This document shows, one piece after another, positions 26,853-35,986 of a stretch of DNA of 64,000 nt. Within the stretch, counting starts at the first letter, position 1; every line of letters starts with the position of its first letter. Under the pieces are notes generated by a model. The model saw only the letters and a program-made list of their open reading frames with translations. It searched no databases and was not told the origin of the DNA. Position numbers and translations under genes: made by a program. This DNA comes from a virus, in IMG/VR virus record IMGVR_UViG_3300042988_000771, positions 14,016 to 78,015 of that record, one strand, 5' to 3'.

Positions 26853-29527
26853 CGGCCCTCCAGGAGATCGTCCAGCGCCCCGGCCTCGTGCAGCTTGCCG
26901 ATGACCCCGATCTGGAGGTCGCCGTCCTCCAAGTAGGGGCCGGACCCGCTGACCTTGGTCAGGCGGCACAGTTCCTCCATCGAGGTGAACCCCTCGGCAG
27001 GGCGGGCAGCGGTGATCTTGTCCGCCGTCTTCGGGCCGATGCCCTTGATCGACCCCAGCCCCTTGCGGATGGCGTTCGTCCTCTTGTCCACGGTGTAGGA
27101 CGAGCCGGAGATGTTGACGTCCGCACGGCGCAGGCTGATGCCCCGCTCGCGGGCGTTGCGGAGGTAGATCTGCTCCTTGGTCTCCCGCTCCCCCTTGCGC
27201 TTCTGGCTGCCCTCAGCGACCTTCAGCAGGGCGGCGAAGAACTCCACGGGGTGGTGGGTGGCGAGGTAGGCGCAGCGGTAGGCGGTCAGCCCGTAGGCCG
27301 TGGAGTGGGCCTGGTTGAACCCGTAAGCGGCGAAGCCCTCGATGGCCTCCCACAGCCAGTCCCAGTCCTTGCTGGTGAAGCCCTCGTCGATGGCCATGTC
27401 CCGCACCTGCGCCCGGTAGCCCTCGATCACCTTGCCCGCGTCCCCGATGGACTCGTTCGACGCCTTGACCGCCTTCAGGAAGGCGGTGAGGTCGTCGGCG
27501 CCCATCCCCAGGTCGCGCAGGATGGAGATGACCTGCTCCTGGAAGAGCATGATCCCGTAGGTCTTGAGGGTGTGGCGTTCGATGATCTCGTGGCGCTTGG
27601 GCACCTCCCACTCGCCCTTGCGCCGGGAGATGTAGTCGTCCGTGGCACCGGAGTTCATCGTGGCCGGGCGGAACAGCGCCATGGCCGCGACGATGTCGGC
27701 GATCTTGGTGGGCTTGAGACGACGGCAGCCCTTGGCGGCCGTGTAGCCCTCCAGCTGGAAGACGCCCGCGGTGTCGCCGCGGCTGATGGCTGCGTACGTC
27801 TTGGGGTCCGACAGCGGAATCCAGTCCAGCCCCGCGTAGATGTCCCGGCCGAGGTTGTCCATGCACTCGTGCAGCACGGACAGCGTCTTGAGGCCGAGGA
27901 CGTCCAGCTTGACCAGCCCAAGTGCTTCGACGTCCTTCATCTCGTACTGGGTGACGATGGTGTCGCTGGACGCCACCTTCATCAGCGGGACGAGGTTGTT
28001 CAGCTCCGCTTCGGTGGTGGTGATGACAAGACCCGCCGCATGAGTCCCATACGCGCTAAACGGCGCGATGTCGGCGATGGCCTGGAGGTGTGCCTTGTCT
28101 GCCTCAGGGACTTCAGACCAAGCGCCAACAGGGCTGCCAGCCCGAGACTGAGCAGCGTAGTACTTGACGCGAAGGCTGCCCTTTGCCCCGTCGTCATCCT
28201 CGTCTTCTCCATGAAGGCTGTACTCCTGCCATGTGCCGATCTGCGTGACCGAGAACCGACCGCGCAGGTAGGTGATCAACTCCTTGCGTCGGGAGTGCTC
28301 CACATCCAAGTCGATGTCCGGGGGCTTTGTCCTGTCACGCGAGATGAACCTCTCGAACGACAGCCCCCACTTGAGCGGGTCGAACTGCGTGATGCCCAGC
28401 AGCCAGCAGGCCATGGACCCCGAGGCCGACCCGCGCGCCTGGTAGAACACCTTGTTGATCCGGCACCAGTCGGTGACCTCCTTGACCAGCAGGAGGTAGC
28501 CCGCCATCCCGGTGTCCTTGATGACCTCCAACTCGCTCGCCAGACGCGCACCGCGCTCGGCCTGCGCCTTGCCGCCGAACTTCATGTCCAGCAAGGCGTT
28601 GAAGCAGGTCGCCTCCAACTCCTTGTCGGGGTCGTCGACGGTGAACGGGATGTTGTAGTGGTAGGTGTCTAACTCGGGAATGGCAAGGTCATGGGCTCCC
28701 AGGAGGTCTGCAAGTCCCTCGGCGCCGTAGGCGTATCGGGCAGCATCGTGGCGATCTGCGAACCAGAGCGCGTCGGCAAGTCCAAAGCCGTCTCCTGGAA
28801 ACGTGGCGTCGTCGGGGTCAGGTCCGAACGAAACAAGTCGCTTGAGCGCATTGTGAATCTCCTGATCGTCATGCTCGCAGTAGTGCGAGTCCTGGGTGAG
28901 AACGGCTGGTATGCCCAGCCCGTAAGACATCTGGAACAACTGCTCGGCAAGGTCGTTGTCGTTCCAGCCGTCGCCGTGGTCGATGTTGTGGTTCTGCAAC
29001 TCCACGTAGAACTTGTCGAACCAGCCGTTATAGGCCTTCATCAACTGCATGGAGTGCTTGAAGTCGCCCGTGACGATGCCCTGAGCGATGAAGCCGAAGT
29101 AGCAGCCGGAAGTGGCGGCGATGCCCTTGAGCAGCCCCGCCTCGCTCAACTCCGCCATGTCGGCGTGGTCGATGACCGGCTTGTTGTAGAAGTTGCGGTG
29201 CGTCTGGCTGCTGAGTCGAACGAGGTTCTTGTAACCCTCGGTCGTGTAGGCCACGACGCACATGTGGTGGCGCTTGGCCTTCTTGTCGTTGCGGTCGTGC
29301 ACGACGTACAACTCGGAGCCGGGGAAGGGCTTGATGCCCGCGGCCTTGCAGTGCTTGTAGAGCTGGATGGTCCCCGCCATATTGCCGTGGTCCGTCAAGC
29401 CAAGGGCGGGCTGCCCGTAGCGAGCGACGGTCTTGACCATGTCCTTAACGTCGGGCAGCGCGTCGCCAGCGGAGAAGCGCGAGTGCGAGTGAAGGTTCCA
29501 GATGCTGCTGCTGCGCTTGATCCTCAC
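26849..29527 (-). CDS. dnaE: DNA polymerase III alpha subunit (DnaE-like)
   Basis: LHSHS.FS..D PHP motif, LTDHG, RGSASGS, PDIDLD, KLDVLGL, FQEQ, YGFN.AHS, GL..IKGIG; GTG 29527 overlaps the upstream stop. Confidence 0.97.
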   Translation of the reverse strand: MRIKRSSSIWNLHSHSRFSAGDALPDVKDMVKTVARYGQPALGLTDHGNMAGTIQLYKHCKAAGIKPFPGSELYVVHDRNDKKAKRHHMCVVAYTTEGYKNLVRLSSQTHRNFYNKPVIDHADMAELSEAGLLKGIAATSGCYFGFIAQGIVTGDFKHSMQLMKAYNGWFDKFYVELQNHNIDHGDGWNDNDLAEQLFQMSYGLGIPAVLTQDSHYCEHDDQEIHNALKRLVSFGPDPDDATFPGDGFGLADALWFADRHDAARYAYGAEGLADLLGAHDLAIPELDTYHYNIPFTVDDPDKELEATCFNALLDMKFGGKAQAERGARLASELEVIKDTGMAGYLLLVKEVTDWCRINKVFYQARGSASGSMACWLLGITQFDPLKWGLSFERFISRDRTKPPDIDLDVEHSRRKELITYLRGRFSVTQIGTWQEYSLHGEDEDDDGAKGSLRVKYYAAQSRAGSPVGAWSEVPEADKAHLQAIADIAPFSAYGTHAAGLVITTTEAELNNLVPLMKVASSDTIVTQYEMKDVEALGLVKLDVLGLKTLSVLHECMDNLGRDIYAGLDWIPLSDPKTYAAISRGDTAGVFQLEGYTAAKGCRRLKPTKIADIVAAMALFRPATMNSGATDDYISRRKGEWEVPKRHEIIERHTLKTYGIMLFQEQVISILRDLGMGADDLTAFLKAVKASNESIGDAGKVIEGYRAQVRDMAIDEGFTSKDWDWLWEAIEGFAAYGFNQAHSTAYGLTAYRCAYLATHHPVEFFAALLKVAEGSQKRKGERETKEQIYLRNARERGISLRRADVNISGSSYTVDKRTNAIRKGLGSIKGIGPKTADKITAARPAEGFTSMEELCRLTKVSGSGPYLEDGDLQIGVIGKLHEAGALDDLLEGR

Positions 29528-29853
29528 TTCTTGGACCCCCGCAACTGCCTGGTGTTGAACATGCCCGCCCACTCGGGATGCACGCGCATCATCTTGCGCG
29601 AGTAGTAGGCGGCGAAGTTCTGGTTGATCTTGTACTGGTCGCCCGAGGTGCGCATCATCGACCGCCACCGGAACTGCCCGATGATCATCTCGAACCCGCA
29701 GCGCTTGACGCCTGCGTCACGTACCTCCGCGCAGATGCGCTCCAACTCCGGGAACACGTGCGGATTCTTGCTGTCGAACTCCTTGGCGAGCCGCTCCCAC
29801 TTGGTTGAGCGGTCCTCAGGCTCCTTGCTTCGCTTGACGATGATGACTGCCAT
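29524..29853 (-). CDS. Conserved phage hypothetical protein
   Basis: F...NP.V...RW......YKIN.N..AYY.R..M..HPE..G.F..R. Confidence 0.65.
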   Translation of the reverse strand: MAVIIVKRSKEPEDRSTKWERLAKEFDSKNPHVFPELERICAEVRDAGVKRCGFEMIIGQFRWRSMMRTSGDQYKINQNFAAYYSRKMMRVHPEWAGMFNTRQLRGSKK

Positions 29854-29866
29854 GTCGTACCTCCGT

Positions 29867-29933
29867 GCACTGGCCCGACTCGAACGGGCAAGCGGCCACC
29901 GCACCTTCCCACGGATTGCGGCCCACGCAGCGC
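29867..29933 (-). ncRNA. tRNA-like element (acceptor-like stem plus T-arm, no canonical anticodon arm)
   Basis: GCGCTG...GCCCG-TTCGAGT-CGGGC-CAGTGC in the ssb-downstream intergenic gap. Confidence 0.55.
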
Positions 29934-29941
29934 TGGTGTTG

Positions 29942-30739
29942 CTAGACCCCTGCCTCATCCAGCAGGAGCCGAATGATGGTCGACTTCTTCGCCCCAGCGG
30001 GGATGTCGACCTCGGCCTTGGCCGCGATGGCCTTCAGCTCGGGGATCGTCATGTCGATGAGGGCATCCTCATCCAGCACCAAGTCGTCATCCTCTGCGGC
30101 AGAGGACTTGGTCTCAGAAGGGATCTCGTCCTCGTCGTCCTTGACGACACGGCGAGCCGAGCGCGGCACGACCTCGTCGCCCTCGTCGTCCTTCTCGAAG
30201 CGGGACGCCTTGGCGGGCTTGGCAGCCTGACCGGGGGCGTTCTCCTCGAAGGACTTCGCCAGGATCTCCTCGATGTCCTTGCCATCCTTCAGCAAGGCCT
30301 TGATGTTGACCTCGTACTTGTCGTCGGCCTCCACGTCGTAGTCCGTCTCCAGACCCTTGCCCGACCGCATGACGATGTAGTCGCGGTTGGTGATCGTCCC
30401 GTCGTTGCGCTCGGCGCGGGCGAACATGCGCTTCGCGAGGCTGATCGGGATGCGGTGAGGAGCAACGTAGTTGCCCTTGACCACGTGGACGTTGGTGGCG
30501 TACTTGCGGCTGGACCGCTGCACGTCCTCGTCGTCGCTGGTGCAGCCGGGGCACGTGTCCTTGTCCCGCGTGCACGGGAAGGAGCGGCGGTCGGAGGTGT
30601 AGTGCTCGCGGAACTCGATCCAGTCGTCCGTCTCCTGGAGGAAGCGGACCTTCTGCTCGCCGTCCTTGAAGTTGCGGAGGTACAGGCCGTCGTTGTCGAA
30701 CTCTTCGGGTGCTTCTGACTTCTTTGTTCCAAAGCGCAT
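29942..30739 (-). CDS. ssb: Single-stranded DNA-binding protein (gp32-like) with Rho-N-like C-terminal motif
   Basis: VRFL, EHY, C....CPGC, RDY...RSG.G..T.Y, acidic linker, MT..ELK.IA....I....KK..II. Confidence 0.78.
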   Translation of the reverse strand: MRFGTKKSEAPEEFDNDGLYLRNFKDGEQKVRFLQETDDWIEFREHYTSDRRSFPCTRDKDTCPGCTSDDEDVQRSSRKYATNVHVVKGNYVAPHRIPISLAKRMFARAERNDGTITNRDYIVMRSGKGLETDYDVEADDKYEVNIKALLKDGKDIEEILAKSFEENAPGQAAKPAKASRFEKDDEGDEVVPRSARRVVKDDEDEIPSETKSSAAEDDDLVLDEDALIDMTIPELKAIAAKAEVDIPAGAKKSTIIRLLLDEAGV

Positions 30740-30752
30740 TGTGCTCTGCTCT

Positions 30753-30950
30753 CTACTGGTAGTTGCTGACTGTTTCCACTGTCTGCTCGATGATCTCGAT
30801 CAGCTTCTTGTTGACCTGCTCGGCCAGCAGGTCGATATGGGTGTTGACGTCCATGCCCTCGGACACGTCGTCCGAGATGGCCAGACGCACCCACGACTTG
30901 TCACCCTTGATGGTGACCTCGTGGGTGATGCCGACTTCGATGCGCGTCAC
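30753..30950 (-). CDS. Hypothetical protein
   Basis: VTRIEVGITHEV...SWV; coupled. Confidence 0.6.
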   Translation of the reverse strand: MTRIEVGITHEVTIKGDKSWVRLAISDDVSEGMDVNTHIDLLAEQVNKKLIEIIEQTVETVSNYQ

Positions 30951-31423
30951 TTCTTCTTCAACTCCTTGACGATCTCGTCCACGCGCTTCTGCGCCGCGGC
31001 TGCCCCGGCTTCGTCGCCCCGCTCGGTGAGCAGCTTGACCCTGTTCTTCCAGTACCAGGACTTGGAGTACATCCGCGAGCGCCAGTCCCGCTCGGACTGG
31101 GTGTAGCGCGGAGGACGGCCGATCCGCTTGGCCTGCCCGTCGTGCTCGAACACCACGGTCTTGGACTTCATGTAGTTCTGGATGCTCTTGATGTCCTCGC
31201 GGGTGTAGAGGTAGATCTTCACCTTGCCGAACATCGTGTACTTGCTGGGCTGGCATCCCGGCACGTCGTCCGCGATGTACTTGCGCAGCACGTAGTCGCT
31301 CACCCCGCAGGAGGCAGCAGCCTCGCGGAGGAGGAAGTAGTCGCCCGGCAGCGAGCGCACGAAGCGCGTGGCCGGGTCGATGGTCACCGTGCGGTCCATG
31401 ACCTCAGGCGGGGTGATGCTCAT
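30947..31423 (-). CDS. HTH DNA-binding protein (MerR/Xis-like)
   Basis: LREAAA.CGVS..VLRKY...LYT.EDI. Confidence 0.7.
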   Translation of the reverse strand: MSITPPEVMDRTVTIDPATRFVRSLPGDYFLLREAAASCGVSDYVLRKYIADDVPGCQPSKYTMFGKVKIYLYTREDIKSIQNYMKSKTVVFEHDGQAKRIGRPPRYTQSERDWRSRMYSKSWYWKNRVKLLTERGDEAGAAAAQKRVDEIVKELKKK

Positions 31424-31815
31424 TCGGGGTCTCCCGTGTCCTTGGTCACCCGCACATAGGGCTTGTTCGGGGTGATGGAGATGAAGGCCGACAGGCTCTC
31501 AGGCGAGAGCGGCATTGCCGGGTCCTTGATCGCGGCCTCCAGCAGCTTCTTGTCCACCTTGTAGGTGCACAGGCGCTTGAACACGCGCTTGCCGAGGTAC
31601 TTCTCCAAGCCCTTCTCGTCCACGCGCACGGTCTCCCCTGCGACGACGGTGACCTTGTAGTCGTCGCCCCGAACGCAAACGAGGTCCGACTTGGTCTGGC
31701 TGACCAGCATCTCCTGGCACAGCTCGTTCTCGACCTTGTCGAACCTCTCCTTGGCGACCTCCAAGGCCGCCTTTGCGACCTGGTACTCGAAGACCAGTTC
31801 CTCGTTGATTGCCAT
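31420..31815 (-). CDS. Hypothetical replication/recombination accessory protein
   Basis: Coiled N-terminus, KVDKK.LEAAI...PYVRVT. Confidence 0.6.
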   Translation of the reverse strand: MAINEELVFEYQVAKAALEVAKERFDKVENELCQEMLVSQTKSDLVCVRGDDYKVTVVAGETVRVDEKGLEKYLGKRVFKRLCTYKVDKKLLEAAIKDPAMPLSPESLSAFISITPNKPYVRVTKDTGDPE

Positions 31816-31825
31816 GAGTGTGACC

Positions 31826-32647
31826 CTACCTTTGAGTAGATGTAGATGCAAGTGTCTTTGCCAAAGTATCCGAACGTGTATCAAGGTCCATCTCGCCAAG
31901 GTCCTTGAAGCGGTCGGACCAGAACAGGCGGCGGGTCAGGACGCCCGCGAGGTTGAGCGCCCACTCCGCCTTGCTGGCGCCCAGATGCCCCGCCCTGTCC
32001 ATGTCGTAGGCGATCCAGACGATGCGTGGGCCCAGCGCCACGATCTGCTTGACCTGCTTGTCGTCCAGCAGCGAGCCGTAGGACCCAATGGCATCATGCC
32101 CTGCCTGCCTGACAGCGCAGACGTCCATCGCGCCCTCCACGAGCACCAGGACGTCGGTCTGCACCAACTCGGGTACGCCGAACAGCAGCTCGGTCTTGCG
32201 TACGCCCTTGGGGTAGCGGTACTTGGGTCCACCGGGGTCGTCGATGTTGCGGTGCACCACGCCCAGCGGCCTGCCGTTCATGGCGCGGATCGGGTAGCAG
32301 GGCTGGTCCTTGAACCCGTCCCAGCCGAGACGGTAGGTGCGGGAGGTCTCCTCCTCGAAGCGGGCGATCCAGTAGTCGTGCACGGGGCCGGAGTCGAACT
32401 GGTCCAGCCACGACTCGGACTTCTCCAGCGACAGGTAGTCCAGCGTCTCCATGGCCTGGTCCAGCAGGAGGTCGACATCGGGGGTGTAGCCCTGCGTCGT
32501 GCCCTTGGCCCCGCAGACCATGCACACCCACTTGCCGGTGTTCACGTTCACCCGCGCCGAGGGGTTGGTGTCGTCGTGCTTGGGACAGGTGAACGATCGC
32601 CACTGGCCATGCCCCTTGGCCAGCGCCTGGTCCAACGTGATGAGCAT
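31826..32647 (-). CDS. DNA primase (Zn finger plus TOPRIM)
   Basis: CP.H.D..PS..VN...W.C..CG..G, PKY, LVEG.MD, YD.D.AG, KD. Confidence 0.93.
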   Translation of the reverse strand: MLITLDQALAKGHGQWRSFTCPKHDDTNPSARVNVNTGKWVCMVCGAKGTTQGYTPDVDLLLDQAMETLDYLSLEKSESWLDQFDSGPVHDYWIARFEEETSRTYRLGWDGFKDQPCYPIRAMNGRPLGVVHRNIDDPGGPKYRYPKGVRKTELLFGVPELVQTDVLVLVEGAMDVCAVRQAGHDAIGSYGSLLDDKQVKQIVALGPRIVWIAYDMDRAGHLGASKAEWALNLAGVLTRRLFWSDRFKDLGEMDLDTRSDTLAKTLASTSTQR

Positions 32648-33912
32648 CAGTCGTCCTCCTCCATCTGCGCGTCGCGCATGGCGATCTCCTTGGCCCGCTC
32701 CATCTTGATCTCCTCGAACCGCCCCTCGTTGGGCAGGAACATCGTGGAGTAGATGACTCCCGACTCCCCCGAGCGATTGGCGTCGATGAGGTAGGTGGCG
32801 ACCGACTTGCTGCGGCGCTTCATGGTGACGATGACGTCGGCGTCCTGACCGAGGGCGTCGGACTGCGCGAGGTTCTTGGTGCGCGGTGGCTTCCAGCCCT
32901 TGACCTCGCCCTCGCGGTTGATCTGCGCGGCAGCGACGATGGGGACGGAGTTGACCTGCGCGATCTCCTTGGTGATGTTGGAGATCGCGGCCATCATGCG
33001 CCAGTCCTCCACCGCCCTCTTGCCGAACGGGCTGATCAGCAGGCCCATGTGGTCGATCACGGCGAACTCGGTCTCCTTGGTGTGGGCGGCGATGGTCGCC
33101 GTGGAGATGCCGCCCTTGGAGGTGTCGATGACGAACAGTTCCGCACCGTTGAGGTGCTCGTTGATCTGCCCGACGAGCTTGCGGTAGCGGATGGGATCGA
33201 AGTGGCGCCCGTGCAGGTCCGTGTGCCGCACGTCCCTGATGCCCAACTCGTAGGCGAGCATGACGTGGATGCGGGTCATCACCTGCTTGCTCGGCATCTC
33301 ACAGGAGAACAGCGTCGTGCGCCTGCCCGCGAGCAGCGCGTGGACGATCATGCTCGCCAGCGTCCATGACTTGCCCTGCTTGAGCCGGGCGGCGACCACC
33401 CAGAAGTCCCCAGCAGAAGGCCCACCCGTCGTCTTCTGAAGGGTGGGCCAGGGCATTTCGATGGAGTCGATCTTCTCGTCGTAGGTGTCCAGGAAGCTGA
33501 GGTCCTGCAACGCATTCGTCAGCTTGTAGGTGGCGAAGTTGCTGGGGTGCTGGATGGACGAGAAGAACGCGTAGGCCTCGTCGGTGTCGCCGTTCCGCAA
33601 CGCCTCTCCTGCTCCTTGGAGTGCGGTCACCATGGTGCGGTGCGTGTGCTTGTCCTTGACCTCGTCGCAGATGAAGCCGACATCGACGAACGCCTCGGAG
33701 TAGGGGAAGTCGGGGTACTTGGTCTTCAGCGCCTCGGCGCTGGGCTGCTTGTCGTAGTTCGACGGGTAGGCGATGAGCCAGCGGTACTCCGACTGGTAGG
33801 TCTGGAACATCTCCGGAACCACCCCATACAGAGCCGCGGCCGAGGCATCGCCGATGTTGATCAGCGCACTGATCAACCTGGACTCGGTATTCGGTCGTTC
33901 GGGCATGGGCAC
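32647..33912 (-). CDS. dnaB: DnaB-like replicative helicase
   Basis: AARLKQGKS, FSCEM, IDHM.L, AAQINR, AQSDA..QDAD. Confidence 0.93.
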   Translation of the reverse strand: MPMPERPNTESRLISALINIGDASAAALYGVVPEMFQTYQSEYRWLIAYPSNYDKQPSAEALKTKYPDFPYSEAFVDVGFICDEVKDKHTHRTMVTALQGAGEALRNGDTDEAYAFFSSIQHPSNFATYKLTNALQDLSFLDTYDEKIDSIEMPWPTLQKTTGGPSAGDFWVVAARLKQGKSWTLASMIVHALLAGRRTTLFSCEMPSKQVMTRIHVMLAYELGIRDVRHTDLHGRHFDPIRYRKLVGQINEHLNGAELFVIDTSKGGISTATIAAHTKETEFAVIDHMGLLISPFGKRAVEDWRMMAAISNITKEIAQVNSVPIVAAAQINREGEVKGWKPPRTKNLAQSDALGQDADVIVTMKRRSKSVATYLIDANRSGESGVIYSTMFLPNEGRFEEIKMERAKEIAMRDAQMEEDD

Positions 33913-33961
33913 ATTCCTACACTCTATTTACTATTCTGTCCAGACAAGTAGAATCTTCAGC

Positions 33962-34420
33962 ATGAGAGAGCATCGTGGCCCTTCGTGGGAAGAGCGCTTC
34001 TGGAAGTACGTCACCGTTGGCGCACCGGACGAGTGCTGGTTGTGGAAGGGATCGCGGACCCGCGCATACGGGTCGATGATCATCCGCGGCAGGCATTGGT
34101 ATGCCCATCGAGTGTCGTGGACCATCGCGAACGGACCGATTCCCGATGGGGCCTTCATCCTCCACTCGTGTGACGTTCCGCTTTGCGTCAATCCGAGCCA
34201 CCTGCGCCCTGGTGACGCCGCTATGAACGCTCGCGACATGGTCGAGCGGGGACGGCACTTGTTCGCAGCGGGAGGCTGGTGCATCAACGGGCATCAGTAC
34301 ACGCCTGACAACCTGATGCCCCCAGATCATCAGTGGAAGTGTCGTGCGTGCTACGAGGCACGACGTGCTCCTATGTCCAAGCGAGGCAACCGCGGCATGG
34401 AGCTTGTCCTTCCTGCTTAG
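33962..34420 (+). CDS. Free-standing HNH homing endonuclease
   Basis: RFW..V....CW.W.G...YG...AHR.SW...GPIP....LH.CD...CVNP.HL; TAGAAT 7 nt before the ATG (possibly leaderless). Confidence 0.9.
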   Translation: MREHRGPSWEERFWKYVTVGAPDECWLWKGSRTRAYGSMIIRGRHWYAHRVSWTIANGPIPDGAFILHSCDVPLCVNPSHLRPGDAAMNARDMVERGRHLFAAGGWCINGHQYTPDNLMPPDHQWKCRACYEARRAPMSKRGNRGMELVLPA

Positions 34421-34635
34421 ACCTTGCTGTCCAGTCCCCTGTGCCGGGCGGGGCAGGTACTCCTGTTCCCGGAAAGCAAGGGGTCATGGGAGTCCTTGAG
34501 GCGAAAGGGTCAAGCTCCTACGACCCCGCCCGGCTGTGCATCCACACCGCCAGGAGACGGACGTCGAACGTAGCACCGCGTCCATGTACGTGTCTCGCCA
34601 TAGCCCGTACCCTGAGTAAGCGGGACAACCCGCGC

Positions 34636-35055
34636 ATGAAGATGGGAGCGCCGTTGTTCAACCACGATCTGACGGCCTTGGAGCACAAGATCGACCTGCT
34701 TGCCCACGCCCTTCACCACATCGACGCACGACTAGACAGATTGGAACACCGCATGGCTACTCTCGAAGAGGTCACCGTTGCCCTTGAGGCCGCTGTCGAC
34801 CGCATCGGCACGATCCTGACGGACGTCACGGCCGTCGCTACCAACGCACAGGCCGCTGCCACCGCAGCGCAGGAGGCCCTCGATGCCGCGAACGCCGCGG
34901 ATGCCACCGAGGACGCCGACTTCCAGGCGCAGATCGACGCGCTGACCGCTGCCCTCACCGAGGCGCAGGCTGCTCTCCAGGCCCAGGCCGACGCGAACAC
35001 CAACGCCGCTGCGCTCGTGCAGTCGCAGGTGGACGAGCTGAACGCCCTTCAGTAG
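34636..35055 (+). CDS. Ala-rich coiled-coil protein
   Basis: Heptad pattern, strong codon bias; start uncertain. Confidence 0.65.
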   Translation: MKMGAPLFNHDLTALEHKIDLLAHALHHIDARLDRLEHRMATLEEVTVALEAAVDRIGTILTDVTAVATNAQAAATAAQEALDAANAADATEDADFQAQIDALTAALTEAQAALQAQADANTNAAALVQSQVDELNALQ

Positions 35056-35075
35056 CCCCCCACGCTGAAGGGGAA

Positions 35076-35108
35076 GAGGCCCGCCACCGGTCAGCGGTGG
35101 CGGGCCTC
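35076..35108. terminator. Perfect 14-bp hairpin, terminator-like
   Basis: GAGGCCCGCCACCG-GTCAG-CGGTGGCGGGCCTC. Confidence 0.65.
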
Positions 35109-35147
35109 GCTGTTGACACCGGTCGGGATCGGGGTCTAGAAATGGAC

Positions 35148-35260
35148 CACCCCCGCCGACCGAGGCAGGTCAACGGGGGTGAACGTCCAGCGAGGTGGTG
35201 CCCTCGCGTATTCCGATCCTACGGAATACCCACACCTCGTGACAAGCCCGAGGTGTTTTC
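35148..35260 (+). ncRNA. Putative sRNA of four tandem hairpins
   Basis: Follows TTGACA-18-TAGAAA; last hairpin ACACCTCG/CGAGGTGT followed by TTT. Confidence 0.5.
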
Positions 35261-35261
35261 C

Positions 35262-35459
35262 ATGAACAACGGACAGCGTGGGTATTCCCAGCGCGAAGCC
35301 AAGCGCCGCCACCAGAAGACCATCTGGGTTGGCCGCACTCTTGGACGCGACGTCATCTGCCACAAGTGCAACAGCAGGATCTCGCGCGGCGAGCAGGGAT
35401 TCACCAAGGCGAATCAGGTTGATCTCACCGAGTGGCACTGCGAGCCCTGCGTGACCTAG
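35262..35459 (+). CDS. Small Zn-finger protein (CxxC...HCxxC)
   Basis: MNNGQRGY...CHKC...WHCEPC. Confidence 0.5.
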   Translation: MNNGQRGYSQREAKRRHQKTIWVGRTLGRDVICHKCNSRISRGEQGFTKANQVDLTEWHCEPCVT

Positions 35460-35680
35460 TCGGCTGGCGCCGACATCATCCCCGAGCGGCGTGGTTACAG
35501 CGGGGAGGCTGTCTGTCGGGTCCCGGTGGTTGGGCGACGGATACGCGAAGGATGCAGAACGCCCCCCCGCCTATAGGTGGCTCTTGTCTGAAAGCTGGTC
35601 ACTGATGCTGGTGAGGGGGGGCTCCGCCCCCCCCAAGCATGTGACTTGCGACATACGAACGAACTGTCTAACCTCAGACT

Positions 35681-35833
35681 ATGGAAGCGATGGGTATTGG
35701 AGAGTGCGATTCCTGCACTCGCCTCTACTTCCCCGGTGATGAGGTCTTCTCCCACATGGGTCAGACCTTCTGTTCCGCGTGCCATGTGAAGTCTTCCTCG
35801 CGGTTCGCTGGCATCCTGCTCTGCTCTCATTAG
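35681..35833 (+). CDS. 50-aa LIM-like Zn-finger peptide
   Basis: MEAMGIGECDSC...GQTFCSACH; no clear RBS. Confidence 0.45.
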   Translation: MEAMGIGECDSCTRLYFPGDEVFSHMGQTFCSACHVKSSSRFAGILLCSH

Positions 35834-35854
35834 GGACAGGTCTGCCCTGCGGGC

Positions 35855-35883
35855 TTGCACCACAGTAGAAGGTGCGCTATAGT
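35855..35883 (+). promoter_or_regulatory. SigA-type promoter TTGCAC-17-TATAGT
   Basis: Near-consensus; followed by structured RNA rather than an ORF. Confidence 0.65.
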
Positions 35884-35928
35884 GAACGTGTAAGTCGAGG
35901 TTGGCTCTGCTGATCATCCAACCGCCCA

Positions 35929-35986
35929 CAGCCTGAACAAGTGGTCACCCCGGTCGCCGGGAGGGGTTCGAGTCCCCAAAGGGCTG
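35929..35986 (+). ncRNA. tRNA-like domain within a ~140-nt ncRNA
   Basis: CAGCCT-[AAGTGGTCA]-CCCGG/CCGGG hairpin-GGGG TTCGAGT CCCC-AAA-GGGCTG. Confidence 0.55.

Noticed and set aside
33962-34600. HEARO/IscB or group I intron context for the HNH
   Set aside because: No RuvC or PLMP motifs, no interrupted gene and no intron core recognised
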